A stretch of DNA of 64,000 nt from an uncultured candidatus Porisulfidus sp. (GCA_965199755.1 CBDASZ010000001.1:864001-928000); one strand, 5' to 3'; positions 9,604-19,778 are shown, numbered from the stretch's first letter. The notes: generated by a model from the letters alone, not told the origin. Numbers and translations are program-made.

Positions 9604-9715
9604 ACCCGTTTCAGGTGGTGAAGCTCCATCATCGTGTAAAATAAGGGTTTTACTCAATATTACTGGCGGAAAGCCCTCAACGGCGGAACTTTCAAGCGTT
9701 CCGCACAACCTCGGC

Positions 9716-11002
9716 ATGACTGAACACACTATCCGACTGGTCGCGGGCGACAAAGAAGTGGAACTGGATGTGGCGGATGCCACCGAAGGCCCTTCCGCAG
9801 TCAGTATCAGCACGCTATACAAGAAATTCGGGCATTTCTCACTGGATCCGGGGTTTGTCTCCACCGCCAGCTGCAACAGCAAAATCACCTATATTGATGG
9901 GACCAAGGGACTGCTGCGCTATCGCGGCTATCCGATTGAGCAGCTGGCCGAATCCAGCCACCATATTGAAAGCGCCTATCTGCTCCTCCACGGTGAACTT
10001 CCAACAGCCAGGGAACTCGAAGATTTCTCAAGTAAAATCAACAAGGAAAAGAATCTTCCTGATAACATAGCAAAGGTCTTTCAAGCGTTTGGTGACGATG
10101 CCCACCCAATGGCCATGCTGATGGGCGGCCTGGCTTACCTAGCGGCTATTTATCAGCCGGAGATCAACATTGCCGATGCGGCGTATCGCCAGCGCATGGC
10201 GCGACGCCTGATTGCGCAAGTCCCGGCCATGGCCGCAATGGGCTACCGCTGCCGCATGAACCAGGAGATACTGGCTCCCCGCCCGGACCTTGATTACACC
10301 GCCAATTTCATCTACATGATGTTCGGCGAGGAGCCGTCTGATACGCTCACACGCGCGCTCGACCTGATCTTCCTGCTGCACGCCGACCACGAACAGAACG
10401 CTTCTACCTCAACCGTGCGTCTTTCTGGCAGTTCCGAGACCAGTCCGGTCGCAGCGATTGCCGCCGGTGTCGCCACCCTCTGGGGCCCCTCACACGGCGG
10501 TGCCAATGAAGCCGTGATCCGAATGCTGGAGAATATCCATGATTCGGACCTTTCGGTCGAAGACTATATTGAGAAAGCGAAAGACAAGAAATCGCATGCC
10601 CGACTGATGGGCTTTGGACACCGAATCTACAAGCACTACGACCCGCGCGCGAAACTGATTCGCGAGATCTGTCACAAGGTGCTGGAAGAACACAGCAGCA
10701 GCAACCCCAATCGCCCGTTACTGGAAACCGCCATGGCGCTGGAACAGGCGGCTTTGGAAGATGAGTACTTCGTAAAGCGGAAACTGTATCCCAATGTGGA
10801 CTTCTACTCCGGCATTATTCTGAAGACCATGGGCATTCCTTTGGATATGTTCACCGTGATCTTCGCCATTGCCCGAACGGTCGGCTGGGTCGCGCACTGG
10901 CTGGAAATGCTGGAGGACGATCAGTTCCGCATTGGCCGCCCTCGCCAACTCTATCTTGGTGAGACGAAACGCGACTACGTTACTTTGGATCAGCGCAGCT
11001 GA
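9716..11002 (+). CDS. gltA: Citrate synthase (type II-like)
   Basis: DPGFVSTASC.SKITYIDG, HADHEQNAST, WGPSHGGAN, MGFGHRIYK.YDPRA and LYPNVDFYSG. Start trimmed to ATG 9716. Confidence 0.96.
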   Translation: MTEHTIRLVAGDKEVELDVADATEGPSAVSISTLYKKFGHFSLDPGFVSTASCNSKITYIDGTKGLLRYRGYPIEQLAESSHHIESAYLLLHGELPTARELEDFSSKINKEKNLPDNIAKVFQAFGDDAHPMAMLMGGLAYLAAIYQPEINIADAAYRQRMARRLIAQVPAMAAMGYRCRMNQEILAPRPDLDYTANFIYMMFGEEPSDTLTRALDLIFLLHADHEQNASTSTVRLSGSSETSPVAAIAAGVATLWGPSHGGANEAVIRMLENIHDSDLSVEDYIEKAKDKKSHARLMGFGHRIYKHYDPRAKLIREICHKVLEEHSSSNPNRPLLETAMALEQAALEDEYFVKRKLYPNVDFYSGIILKTMGIPLDMFTVIFAIARTVGWVAHWLEMLEDDQFRIGRPRQLYLGETKRDYVTLDQRS

Positions 11003-11023
11003 CCCTTGTGAGACCAGTACCGC

Positions 11024-12160
11024 TCAGAGCTGGCTCAAAAAATCCTGCACAACCGGGGAGAAACTCCCCGCGTCGACCAAAAAGGAGTCGTGCCCTTGCA
11101 GGCAGTCAAGTTCCACCAGTGCCACGTCGCGGCCTGCCTTGCGCAGACCATCAACAATCTCCTCCTGTTGATCGAACGGAAACAGAATATCGGAGGTCAC
11201 TCCGATCACCAGCGTTTTCTTGGCCTGGATGCGCGCCAGACCAGCATTCACCGTGCCGCCATGATCGGCCACATCAAACAAATCCATGGCGCGAGTCAGA
11301 TACAGATAACTGTTGGCATCGAAGTTTTTGGCAAACTTTGATGCGTTGTGCTCCAGATAGGATTCGATCTCAAACTCCATGCCAAAAGGTTCTTTGCCGG
11401 CGCGTTCCGGCGGAACCCGCGCGCGGTTGAAACGCTGACGCCATTCTCGCGCGGCGCGATAAGACAGCAGCCCCAGTTTGCGGGCAAGGCGCACCCCAGA
11501 TAAATCGGAACTGTCCTGATAATTGCCATCCTGCCAGCCCGGATCACAGCGCACAATCTCGCGCTGCAGGGAGCGCATCCCGGTCGTAAATGGTAGCGCG
11601 CGGCAGGCCGCGGAAATCACAATCAGATAGTCCAGTTCATTCGGGTATTGCAGCGCATAGGCCAGCGCCGACATGCCGCCCATGGAAGGTCCAATGACTG
11701 CATGGACGCGATCAATACCTAACTCCTGCATGGCGTGATGCCCCGCCTTGGCAATGTCTTCAATGGAGAGCTCCGGAAAACTGATGCCGTAGGCTTTGCC
11801 AGTTTCAGAGTTGATCGATGAGGGGCCTGTTGAGCCGAAGCAACTGCCGAGCGAATTGACGCACACCACATAAAAGCGATCGGTGTCAATCGGCTTGCCC
11901 GGACCGATCATGTATTCCCACCAGCCGGGAGTGTCGTCTTGCTCACTCGAGGCGGCATGCGCTGAGGCCGATAGCCCGGTGAGAATCAAAATAGCGTTGT
12001 CCTGATTGAGCGACAGCGTCCCCCAGGTTTCATAGCCAACCTGCACTTGCGGCAGGCGTTCGCCTCGCCGCATCACGAAATCGGCCTGCCCATAGTCCCC
12101 CGGCAGCGTCAGGATCTGCGTCGCTGGCGGCGTGCGTGTCTGGGGTGGAGAGTCGAGCAT
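11024..12160 (-). CDS. MetX-fold O-acyltransferase, probably of the serine O-succinyl/acetyltransferase subtype
   Basis: YETWG, PGWW, GSCFGSTGP, GPSMGG, FDANSYL and GHDSFL. Has TGLS where homoserine-specific MetX usually has HAL(T/S)G. Confidence 0.85.
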   Translation of the reverse strand: MLDSPPQTRTPPATQILTLPGDYGQADFVMRRGERLPQVQVGYETWGTLSLNQDNAILILTGLSASAHAASSEQDDTPGWWEYMIGPGKPIDTDRFYVVCVNSLGSCFGSTGPSSINSETGKAYGISFPELSIEDIAKAGHHAMQELGIDRVHAVIGPSMGGMSALAYALQYPNELDYLIVISAACRALPFTTGMRSLQREIVRCDPGWQDGNYQDSSDLSGVRLARKLGLLSYRAAREWRQRFNRARVPPERAGKEPFGMEFEIESYLEHNASKFAKNFDANSYLYLTRAMDLFDVADHGGTVNAGLARIQAKKTLVIGVTSDILFPFDQQEEIVDGLRKAGRDVALVELDCLQGHDSFLVDAGSFSPVVQDFLSQL

Positions 12161-12170
12161 GTCTAAGCGT

Positions 12171-12419
12171 TTAGCTTGTGTCGGGCCGCACTTGACGCAT
12201 GCGACGAATCAACTGCCGGGTCTCCGCGTCGCTCGCCTCACCCTCACCCAAAAGCAGATGCTGCAATTCAGGGTCAGGCAGTTCCAGCAGCCGCTCAAAG
12301 CTCGCCTGCTGCTCAACATCCGAATGCGGATAACTTTCTTCGAGATAGCGCATCAGCATCAGGTCCAGTTCCCGTGTTCCACGTCGGCAACGCCAGTACA
12401 GTTGCTCCTGTTGTGGCAT
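12171..12419 (-). CDS. sdhE: Succinate dehydrogenase flavin assembly factor
   Basis: WRCRRGTRELD motif and FERLLELPDPEL; immediately follows sdhB. Confidence 0.93.
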   Translation of the reverse strand: MPQQEQLYWRCRRGTRELDLMLMRYLEESYPHSDVEQQASFERLLELPDPELQHLLLGEGEASDAETRQLIRRMRQVRPDTS

Positions 12420-12420
12420 C

Positions 12421-13203
12421 TTAGAAGTTGGCGGTCGCTATTTTCTTCTTAATTTCAGCGATGGCCTTGGCTGGGTTCAAACCCTTGGGGCAGGTTTGCG
12501 TGCAATTCATGATGGTGTGGCAGCGGTACAACTTGAAGGCATCGCTCAAATCACGCAGACGCTCTTCATCGGCGTCATCTCGACTGTCCGCAAGCCAGCG
12601 CCAGGCATTCAGCAGAGCCGCAGGTCCCAGATACTTCTCCGGGTTCCACCAGTAACTGGGGCAACTGGTGGAGCAGCATGCACACAGGATGCACTCTTCC
12701 AGTCCTTCCAGTTTGGCGCGCTCTTCCTTCGCCTGAGCACGTTCGCGCTGGGGCGCTTCGGAATCGGATTTCAGCCACGGCTCAACCGCGGCATACTGCT
12801 TGTAGAAGTTCGACAAGTCCGTCACCAGATCGCGCACCACATCCATGTGCGGCAGTGGATACACCCGAATCTCTCCTGAGTATTCGTCGATCGCGTTGGT
12901 GCAGGCCAGAGTATTGCAGCCATTGATGTTCATTGAGCAGGAGCCGCAGATCCCCTCGCGGCAAGAGCGGCGAAATGACAGCGTCGGGTCCAGTTCGTTC
13001 TTGATCTTGATGAGGGCATCGAGCACCATCGGGCCGCACTGATCCATATCCACTTCATAGTGATCCATTCGCGGGTTCTCACCATCGCTCGGATCGTAGC
13101 GATAAACGACAAAGGTGCGTGTCCGAGAAGCGCCATCAGGCGCAGCGTATTGTCGGCCCCGCTTGCGGACTACTGAATTTGCGGGAAGAGTAAATTCTGC
13201 CAT
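12421..13203 (-). CDS. sdhB: Succinate dehydrogenase iron-sulfur subunit
   Basis: [27 protein letters not shown] and [17 protein letters not shown]. Confidence 0.98.
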   Translation of the reverse strand: MAEFTLPANSVVRKRGRQYAAPDGASRTRTFVVYRYDPSDGENPRMDHYEVDMDQCGPMVLDALIKIKNELDPTLSFRRSCREGICGSCSMNINGCNTLACTNAIDEYSGEIRVYPLPHMDVVRDLVTDLSNFYKQYAAVEPWLKSDSEAPQRERAQAKEERAKLEGLEECILCACCSTSCPSYWWNPEKYLGPAALLNAWRWLADSRDDADEERLRDLSDAFKLYRCHTIMNCTQTCPKGLNPAKAIAEIKKKIATANF

Positions 13204-13221
13204 TAGATCAATTCCGAATCA

Positions 13222-15015
13222 TCAGTACACGCGCGCTTGTGGTGGAACCACTTCCACTTCATCATCCAGTGTGTACATGTGAACACTGCGATAGTCGATG
13301 CGGCATTGGCCCTGTTTGTCAATCCAGCATACCGTATGCTTCATCCAATCCGCGTCATCCCGTTCGGGGTAGTCCTCGCGCGCATGAGCGCCGCGACTCT
13401 CCAGACGATTCAGCGCGCCTTCCAAAGTGACCACGCTCTGCGACAGAAGATTGCGCAACTCCAGCGTCTCCACCAGGTCAGTATTCCACACCAGAGAGCG
13501 ATCCGACACCTGAATGTCGCGAAACGCCTGATGCGCGTCGCGAATTTGCTGCAGCCCCTCCTCCAGAGTCTCGCCCGTACGGAACACGGCCGCGTGCTTT
13601 TGCATGATGCGTTGCATCTGCAAGCGCAAATCAGCGGTCGGTGTTGATCCGCTGGCATGACGCATGCCATCGAACTGATCCACAATGCGCTCCAGCGCAC
13701 TGTCGGGTGCCGTCGCGTGCGTCGCGCCAGACTGCACCAGTTCCGCCGCGCGAATAGCTGCGGCGCGTCCGAACACCACCAGGTCCAGCAACGAGTTCGA
13801 GCCGAGACGGTTGGCACCATGTACTGATACGCACGCCGCCTCACCGATCGCCATCAAGCCCGGCACCACCGAGTCATGATCATCGCCGCGAACGGTGACC
13901 ACCTCTCCGTGATGGTTGGTGGGAATGCCTCCCATGGTGTAATGCACCGTGGGCAGCACCGGGATCGGCTCGCGTGTCACATCCACCCCGGCGAAGATAC
14001 GCGCTGATTCGGCAATGCCGGGCAGACGCTCCTGAATCACGTCCGCTCCCAAGTGTTCCAAATGCAGGAATATGTGATCCTGCTCGCTGCCGCAGCCGCG
14101 CCCTTCGTTGATTTCGATCGTCATCGAGCGGCTGACCACATCACGCGACGCCAGATCTTTGGCGTTCGGCGCGTAGCGCTGCATGAAACGCTCGCCTTCG
14201 GAATTGGTGAGATAGCCCCCTTCACCGCGTGACCCTTCTGTAATCAAGCAGCCCGACCCGTAGATCCCGGTGGGATGAAATTGCACGAACTCCATATCCT
14301 GCAATGGCAGTCCCGCCCGTTGCACCATGGCGTTGCCATCACCCGTGCAGGTGTGCGCTGATGTGCAGGAGAAGTAAGCGCGACCGTAACCGCCGGTCGC
14401 CATCAAAACCATGTGCGCTTCAAAGTGATGCAATTGACCGGTCGCCAGATCCCACGTCAGAACGCCGCAACAGCGCCCCTCGTCATTCATGATCAGGTCA
14501 ATCGCAAAGTATTCAATAAAGAACTGCGCGTTGTGTTTGAGCGACTGCTGGTAAAGCGTGTGCAAAATGGCATGGCCGGTGCGGTCGGCCGCGGCACAGG
14601 TACGTTGCGCGATACCTTCCCCAAAGTGGGTGGTCATCCCGCCGAAGGGCCGCTGGTAGATCTTGCCTTCCTCGGTGCGCGAAAACGGCACGCCGTAATG
14701 TTCCAGTTCGATGATGGCCGGTGCCGCTTCCCGGCACATGTACTGAATCGCATCCTGATCGCCGAGCCAGTCCGAGCCCTTGACCGTGTCGTACATGTGC
14801 CAGCGCCAGTCGTCATCGCCCATGTTGGCAAGCGCGGCTGACACGCCGCCTTGCGCGGCAACCGTGTGACTGCGTGTCGGAAAGACCTTGGTGATGCAGG
14901 CCGTAGACAGGCCACTCGCCGCCATTCCCAGTGTGGCACGCAACCCTGCGCCGCCCGCGCCGATGATCACCACATCGTACTGGTGCTTTTGTATGTCGTA
15001 GGCTTTGCTGTTCAT
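13222..15015 (-). CDS. sdhA: Succinate dehydrogenase flavoprotein subunit
   Basis: [16 protein letters not shown] (FAD-His), QFHPTG and [11 protein letters not shown]. Confidence 0.98.
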   Translation of the reverse strand: MNSKAYDIQKHQYDVVIIGAGGAGLRATLGMAASGLSTACITKVFPTRSHTVAAQGGVSAALANMGDDDWRWHMYDTVKGSDWLGDQDAIQYMCREAAPAIIELEHYGVPFSRTEEGKIYQRPFGGMTTHFGEGIAQRTCAAADRTGHAILHTLYQQSLKHNAQFFIEYFAIDLIMNDEGRCCGVLTWDLATGQLHHFEAHMVLMATGGYGRAYFSCTSAHTCTGDGNAMVQRAGLPLQDMEFVQFHPTGIYGSGCLITEGSRGEGGYLTNSEGERFMQRYAPNAKDLASRDVVSRSMTIEINEGRGCGSEQDHIFLHLEHLGADVIQERLPGIAESARIFAGVDVTREPIPVLPTVHYTMGGIPTNHHGEVVTVRGDDHDSVVPGLMAIGEAACVSVHGANRLGSNSLLDLVVFGRAAAIRAAELVQSGATHATAPDSALERIVDQFDGMRHASGSTPTADLRLQMQRIMQKHAAVFRTGETLEEGLQQIRDAHQAFRDIQVSDRSLVWNTDLVETLELRNLLSQSVVTLEGALNRLESRGAHAREDYPERDDADWMKHTVCWIDKQGQCRIDYRSVHMYTLDDEVEVVPPQARVY

Positions 15016-15018
15016 CTC

Positions 15019-15357
15019 TTACATCAGGAAATGAGCGAAGCCCGCGAGCGCGGCCAACCAGGCCAGCAGCAACATAAGCTTGCATAAAGTGTGAGCGAGC
15101 GCATTCCAGCGCCTCTCATTGAGATAATCGTCCACGATCACTTCGAGACCGAGTTTGGAGTGGTACAGCGCCACGGTGATAAACAGAACCAGCAACAGAG
15201 CATTACCTATCTCCTGCAGCCACTGGGCCAGCACAGCGATGTCGCTCAGGCCGGCGGTCGCCATTGCATGCACCCACCATACGGACAGAGGCACCAACGC
15301 CGCAGAACTCATCCGCTCCAGCCACCAGTGGCGACGCGCGTTCATGGCGGTGCTCAT
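15019..15357 (-). CDS. sdhD: Succinate dehydrogenase hydrophobic anchor subunit
   Basis: HWWLERMS, YHSKLGLEVIVDDY and three TMs. ATGA overlap with the sdhC stop. Confidence 0.92.
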   Translation of the reverse strand: MSTAMNARRHWWLERMSSAALVPLSVWWVHAMATAGLSDIAVLAQWLQEIGNALLLVLFITVALYHSKLGLEVIVDDYLNERRWNALAHTLCKLMLLLAWLAALAGFAHFLM

Positions 15358-15731
15358 AGAGCGATCCAAAGCCACAGGGCGGCTGTCAATCCGGTCGCGC
15401 CTGCCAACACCAGCCAGTTACTGGCGCGCACTGCCGCCATCTCCAGACCAGTCGCCGTATCCCACACCAGATGTCGGATGCCGGTGCACAGGTGAAAGGC
15501 CAGAGCGAAACTCAACAGGATCAGAAACACAGTGCCGAGCGGATGCTGCAACAGCGCCATCGCGCAATTCCAGACATCGGGGACATAGGCGGCTGTAGCG
15601 AATAGAAAGGCAAAGCCTACCGCGGCACCTGACAGCGCCGTGCCAGTGATGCGGTGGCTGATCGACAACACCGCTGCCATCGGCAGGCGGTAGATTTGCA
15701 AATGCGGGGAGACAGGATGTTCCGAAGACAT
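15354..15731 (-). CDS. sdhC: Succinate dehydrogenase cytochrome b556 subunit
   Basis: PVSPHLQIY, SISHRITG and FHLCTGIRHLVWD. Confidence 0.95.
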   Translation of the reverse strand: MSSEHPVSPHLQIYRLPMAAVLSISHRITGTALSGAAVGFAFLFATAAYVPDVWNCAMALLQHPLGTVFLILLSFALAFHLCTGIRHLVWDTATGLEMAAVRASNWLVLAGATGLTAALWLWIAL

Positions 15732-15935
15732 AAACTCGCAGGCATCACACAAGCACGTGCCTGACCGGGCAAGTCATTATGCCAAAATCATGAATGGCTT
15801 GGCTTGCGCACAGGCTAATCCGCCTGAAAAGCATCAGTTCCTTCAAGTCGGTTGAGCGAAAAAACGCGACTGCCTTGGATGGAAGTTTATAGTGGGAAAA
15901 TTCCATTGCACATCTGGCATTCAGCAATACCAGAT

Positions 15936-16011
<76 letters not shown>

Positions 16012-16027
16012 ACAAACTGAAAGACCT

Positions 16028-16055
16028 ATTGTGCGAATTCACACAGATGTGTCAA
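16028..16055 (-). promoter_or_regulatory. Sigma70-type promoter of tRNA-Ala
   Basis: Minus strand TTGACA-16 nt-CACAAT just upstream of the tRNA. Confidence 0.55.
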
Positions 16056-16105
16056 TAGATACCCGAACACGCACCCTCCCCAGACAACCCGATTCATCGG
16101 CTAGA

Positions 16106-16642
16106 ATGAGTCGCATGAGGCCATTGCAATTTCCCCAGGCCGCAGGGATCGCCTTTGGCCTGATCGCCCTGATTCTGATCGCGCGGCTGATTCCACATCC
16201 CCCGAACTTCACACCGGTGCTAGCGGTCGCGCTATTTTGCGGCGCGCTCGCGCCGCACTTCTCTGTAGCGATGCTGATTCCCCTAACAGCGATGGTGCTG
16301 GGCGATTGGGTGCTAGGATGGCATGCCAGTGCCTGGGCTGTCTATCTGGCTATCTTTCTGTGCGCAGGACTGGGTCGCTGGATACTGACACCGCCAAAAT
16401 TGACTACCACGCTCGCAAGCGGCGTTTGTGCTTCGGTGCTGTTCTTCGTATTAAGCAACTTCGCGGTATGGCTGGCTGGAGGCCTGTACCCTCTCACCGG
16501 GGCCGGCCTGCTGGCCTGCTATCTCGCGGCGATCCCATTCTTTCATAATACGCTGGTTGCTACCTTGCTGTTCGGGCTCGGACTGCTAGCGTGCTGGAAA
16601 TACCTCCAGCGTCATGCCAGTCCATCCACCCCAACGTTCTGA
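16106..16642 (+). CDS. DUF6580-like membrane protein resembling an ECF S-component (putative vitamin/cobalamin transporter)
   Basis: RLIPHPPNFTPVLAVALF, LFFVLSNF.VW and CYLAAIPFF.NT; about 6 TMs. Start uncertain (16106 or 16115). Confidence 0.75.
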   Translation: MSRMRPLQFPQAAGIAFGLIALILIARLIPHPPNFTPVLAVALFCGALAPHFSVAMLIPLTAMVLGDWVLGWHASAWAVYLAIFLCAGLGRWILTPPKLTTTLASGVCASVLFFVLSNFAVWLAGGLYPLTGAGLLACYLAAIPFFHNTLVATLLFGLGLLACWKYLQRHASPSTPTF

Positions 16643-16649
16643 GGCTCTG

Positions 16650-17369
16650 ATGTTTTTACGCACATTTATCTGCTGCTGCGTCCTGCTGGGCACCCCTCTA
16701 CCCATCGCCGCCGCCGAATCACATCCGCTAGACGGTCTGTGGAACGGACGCTTCGACATCAACGGCCAAGGCGATTATGGCTTCCAGTCCCTGTACGTAG
16801 GCGGTCGTGTCGCGGCCTGGAGCGTCGACACCAATGTGGTATATCGCGGTAGCGTCAGTGGAGATGAAACAACCTATCATTCACAGATGGACATCTACCT
16901 CCGCGACGGCTCTAAAATCAGTACTGTAGAACTCAACGGCACGGTTACGGATAATGCGACCTCCATTCTCGCGAGCTATGCGACCAGCGGCGAAGATACC
17001 GGCACGCTTCGACTCGCTTACGATCCCCTGTTTGAGCAACCTACCGCGTTGCAAACTCTGGAAGGACTGTGGGAATTTTTCGGCAAAAAAGTCAGCGTCA
17101 GCATCAATATCGATGACAGTGGAAATATTCAGGGCACTGACAACCTTGACTGCAACTACTACGGCAAACTGCGTGAAATCCGCTCTGGCATCAATGCGCT
17201 GGATGTGCAAATCGAACTCGCTTCCTGCTCCACCGCTGACGGACATTACGAAGGCATGGCGTACATCGCCCCTGCAGCTGAAGGCACCAGCGAGACTTTT
17301 CATCTGAATCTGATCGGCGATTACTTCGGCATGTACTTCCCGCTGCAGCGAACGCTCTCGAAACCCTAG
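16650..17369 (+). CDS. Secreted hypothetical protein, beta-rich, possibly two repeated domains
   Basis: Signal peptide ending ..IAAA-ES. Repeated L[DE]GLW starts for the two halves. Confidence 0.7.
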   Translation: MFLRTFICCCVLLGTPLPIAAAESHPLDGLWNGRFDINGQGDYGFQSLYVGGRVAAWSVDTNVVYRGSVSGDETTYHSQMDIYLRDGSKISTVELNGTVTDNATSILASYATSGEDTGTLRLAYDPLFEQPTALQTLEGLWEFFGKKVSVSINIDDSGNIQGTDNLDCNYYGKLREIRSGINALDVQIELASCSTADGHYEGMAYIAPAAEGTSETFHLNLIGDYFGMYFPLQRTLSKP

Positions 17370-18139
17370 CGCTGCCGAATAAATTCCTGCACTCGACGCA
17401 TCGCATCTTCCGCCGCACGCGCGTCATAGCGAACCCGATACCCTTGGACCAGAAGGTCCGCGCCGGGCTCATCGAATCCATGATGTGCCTCTTCATATAC
17501 GATCAACTCCATACGCTCAGGCTGCGTCACTGACATGATCTCGCATCGTTGCGCCGGAGTCCATTGATCCTGCTCACCAATCAAAATCAGCAGATCTGTG
17601 TGCGCGTTGTGCAGTGAATCCAGACACCACGGGCCGACCGCCACAGCGCCCGCAAATGGCTGCGTGGCATTAAGTTCATCATTCAGCGCCAGCAACACGG
17701 TCGTCGCGCCATGAGAATATCCGCTCACAAAAATACGCCCACGATCCACCCATAACTGTTGCTGCAACCACTGCTTGGCCGCATGCGCATCAAGTGCCCG
17801 TTGCCAAGTAGGTACAGCAAACACACTGCCGCAAATATTGTCGAACCCACGCGACCCGAAACTGTCCACCAACAGCACTGCAACACCGTCATCAAGATGT
17901 TGGCGAATCCAGGGTCGGGAGCGATCCATCCAGATCCCGTTACAACCATGCAGGTCGACAATCACCGGATGCGGCCCGTCTCCTTCAGGCCGGTACAGAA
18001 TCGCGGGAATTTCAATGCACTGGTCCGTCTGATAGACCGGTGCATCAAAGCGAATGTCCTCACCTTCCGGCAAGCCTGCAGCCACACCAGTCGAGGCGGT
18101 CGCCGCACACAACCAGCCCGAAAAGCTAATCCACCGCAT
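17366..18139 (-). CDS. Dienelactone hydrolase-family alpha/beta hydrolase, exported
   Basis: P.IVDLHGCNG, GYSHG (Ser nucleophile), IGEQDQWTP and HHGFD; N-terminal signal-like segment. Confidence 0.85.
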   Translation of the reverse strand: MRWISFSGWLCAATASTGVAAGLPEGEDIRFDAPVYQTDQCIEIPAILYRPEGDGPHPVIVDLHGCNGIWMDRSRPWIRQHLDDGVAVLLVDSFGSRGFDNICGSVFAVPTWQRALDAHAAKQWLQQQLWVDRGRIFVSGYSHGATTVLLALNDELNATQPFAGAVAVGPWCLDSLHNAHTDLLILIGEQDQWTPAQRCEIMSVTQPERMELIVYEEAHHGFDEPGADLLVQGYRVRYDARAAEDAMRRVQEFIRQR

Positions 18140-18662
18140 ATCGTGCAAACTCCTGATACTGGTGCTGAATATCTGCCAGCGACCACGCTGCGTTGGCTGG
18201 GCTGGGATTCGGTGTGACGAACACGCGAGTGTTCGAGATACGTATCGGCTGTTCGCCCCAAGTAATCTGTCGAGGTGTCTCGCGTAAAGCGTACTTCAGA
18301 AAGTTTCGATAAGCCACTTTGCCATGAACCCATGCCCATTGCGGTTGATAGTTCTCCAGTTTCTGCAACAGCTGTGGTGCCCCCTCCGCATAATCCGCGC
18401 CGCGCAACTCATGCCCCTGACGACTGGGACGTTTGACAACATCGGTGAAGCCAATCCCTTCGTGTTCCAGCAGACTGCGGTGAAAGTGCGTTGATGGCTC
18501 CTCGCACAGTTGCACCAACCCACTTGTCTGAAAGGCCGGCCAAAACCGATTGCGCGGATTCGCAAAATAAAACCCCGCACGCACTGAAGGCAGTGACGGG
18601 TTTAGGCCAATTGACAGCACGCGCAAATCAGCAGCCATATAGTCGGGCAGAGTTGCCTCCAC
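18126..18662 (-). CDS. mug: G/U mismatch-specific DNA glycosylase (MUG/TDG family)
   Basis: IGLNPS...YFANPRNRFW, GIGFTDVVKRPS and PNPSPAN. Confidence 0.88.
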   Translation of the reverse strand: MEATLPDYMAADLRVLSIGLNPSLPSVRAGFYFANPRNRFWPAFQTSGLVQLCEEPSTHFHRSLLEHEGIGFTDVVKRPSRQGHELRGADYAEGAPQLLQKLENYQPQWAWVHGKVAYRNFLKYALRETPRQITWGEQPIRISNTRVFVTPNPSPANAAWSLADIQHQYQEFARYAVD

Positions 18663-18665
18663 AGT

Positions 18666-19757
18666 TCATACCTCTTGAGAAAACAATTCATGTTGCTCGC
18701 GCCGTGGATGAAAGCGATCACAATGCAATTCTCCCCGGGAGCGATCCAGTTGCAGACGTCGCGCCATCAAGCGAAAACGCTGGGCGAGAAGTTCTCCAAA
18801 GTTTCCTTGCCCACGCAAGCGCTGTCCGAATTCGGGGTCGTAATCCGCCCCACCATGCAACTCACGCACTCCCTGCATCACCCGTTCAGCACGCTCCGGA
18901 TAGTGATGCGCCAGCCATTCGCGAAACAGCTGCTTCAATTCATGCGGCAATCGCAACACCACATAGCCGGCGCAATAAGCACCCGCTGCCGCGGCTCGCT
19001 CCACAATGCGCTCTAGTTCCCCATCGTTTAGAAACGGAATGACCGGAGCGACTAGCACACTAACGGGGACGCCCGCGTCCGCCATACATGCGACCAAATC
19101 CAAACGACTCTGTGGTGCGCTGGCGCGTGGCTCCAGCACTCGACTCAAGCTCGCATCCAAAGTGGTCACCGAAACCACCACTTCAGCCAGACCGTCCTGC
19201 GCCATCGGCCGCAGAATGTCCAGATCGCGCTGAGCCAAACCGGACTTGGTGATGACCGACACCGGGTGCTGAAAATCCCGCAACACCTCCAGAATCGAGC
19301 GCGTAATCTTCAACTGCCGCTCAATTGGCTGATAAGCGTCCGTGTTGTATCCGAGCCCAATCGTTCGACAGCGATAACCCGGATCCTGAAGCTCCCGACT
19401 CAAGACCTCCGCGGCATTGGTCTTGCAAAATATCTGGCTTTCAAAGTCGAGACCCGGCGATAATCCCAGGTAGGCATGATTCGGACGCGCGAAGCAATAC
19501 ACGCAGCCATGTTCGCAGCCGCGATATGGATTGATTGAACGATCCAGAGCAATGTCTGGGGACGTGTTGTAACTGATTAAACTTTTGGCAGGCTGGTTGA
19601 AGTAGCGCGTCCGCAGATCCTGCTCCTCCCAGTCTTCACTGTCCCGACCATCATGCTGACATTCAATCTCTTCTGATTCATAACGCGCGGGCGGATTGCT
19701 GATTGCACCGCGACCTCGGCGTGGTTGCCAGTGTACCGGGCTTGTACTCGGATCCAT
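18666..19757 (-). CDS. PA0069/Rv2578c-family radical SAM protein
   Basis: GRGA.SN, SINPYRGCEHGCVYCFARP (CX3CX2C), NTDAYQPIER and LEPRAS.P. Confidence 0.92.
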   Translation of the reverse strand: MDPSTSPVHWQPRRGRGAISNPPARYESEEIECQHDGRDSEDWEEQDLRTRYFNQPAKSLISYNTSPDIALDRSINPYRGCEHGCVYCFARPNHAYLGLSPGLDFESQIFCKTNAAEVLSRELQDPGYRCRTIGLGYNTDAYQPIERQLKITRSILEVLRDFQHPVSVITKSGLAQRDLDILRPMAQDGLAEVVVSVTTLDASLSRVLEPRASAPQSRLDLVACMADAGVPVSVLVAPVIPFLNDGELERIVERAAAAGAYCAGYVVLRLPHELKQLFREWLAHHYPERAERVMQGVRELHGGADYDPEFGQRLRGQGNFGELLAQRFRLMARRLQLDRSRGELHCDRFHPRREQHELFSQEV

Positions 19758-19778
19758 ATCACAGATCTCTCGTCGCAA

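Noticed and set aside
16012-16115. Cobalamin riboswitch upstream of the S-component-like gene
   Set aside because: The gap is under 100 nt, is occupied by the tRNA promoter, and has no B12-box.
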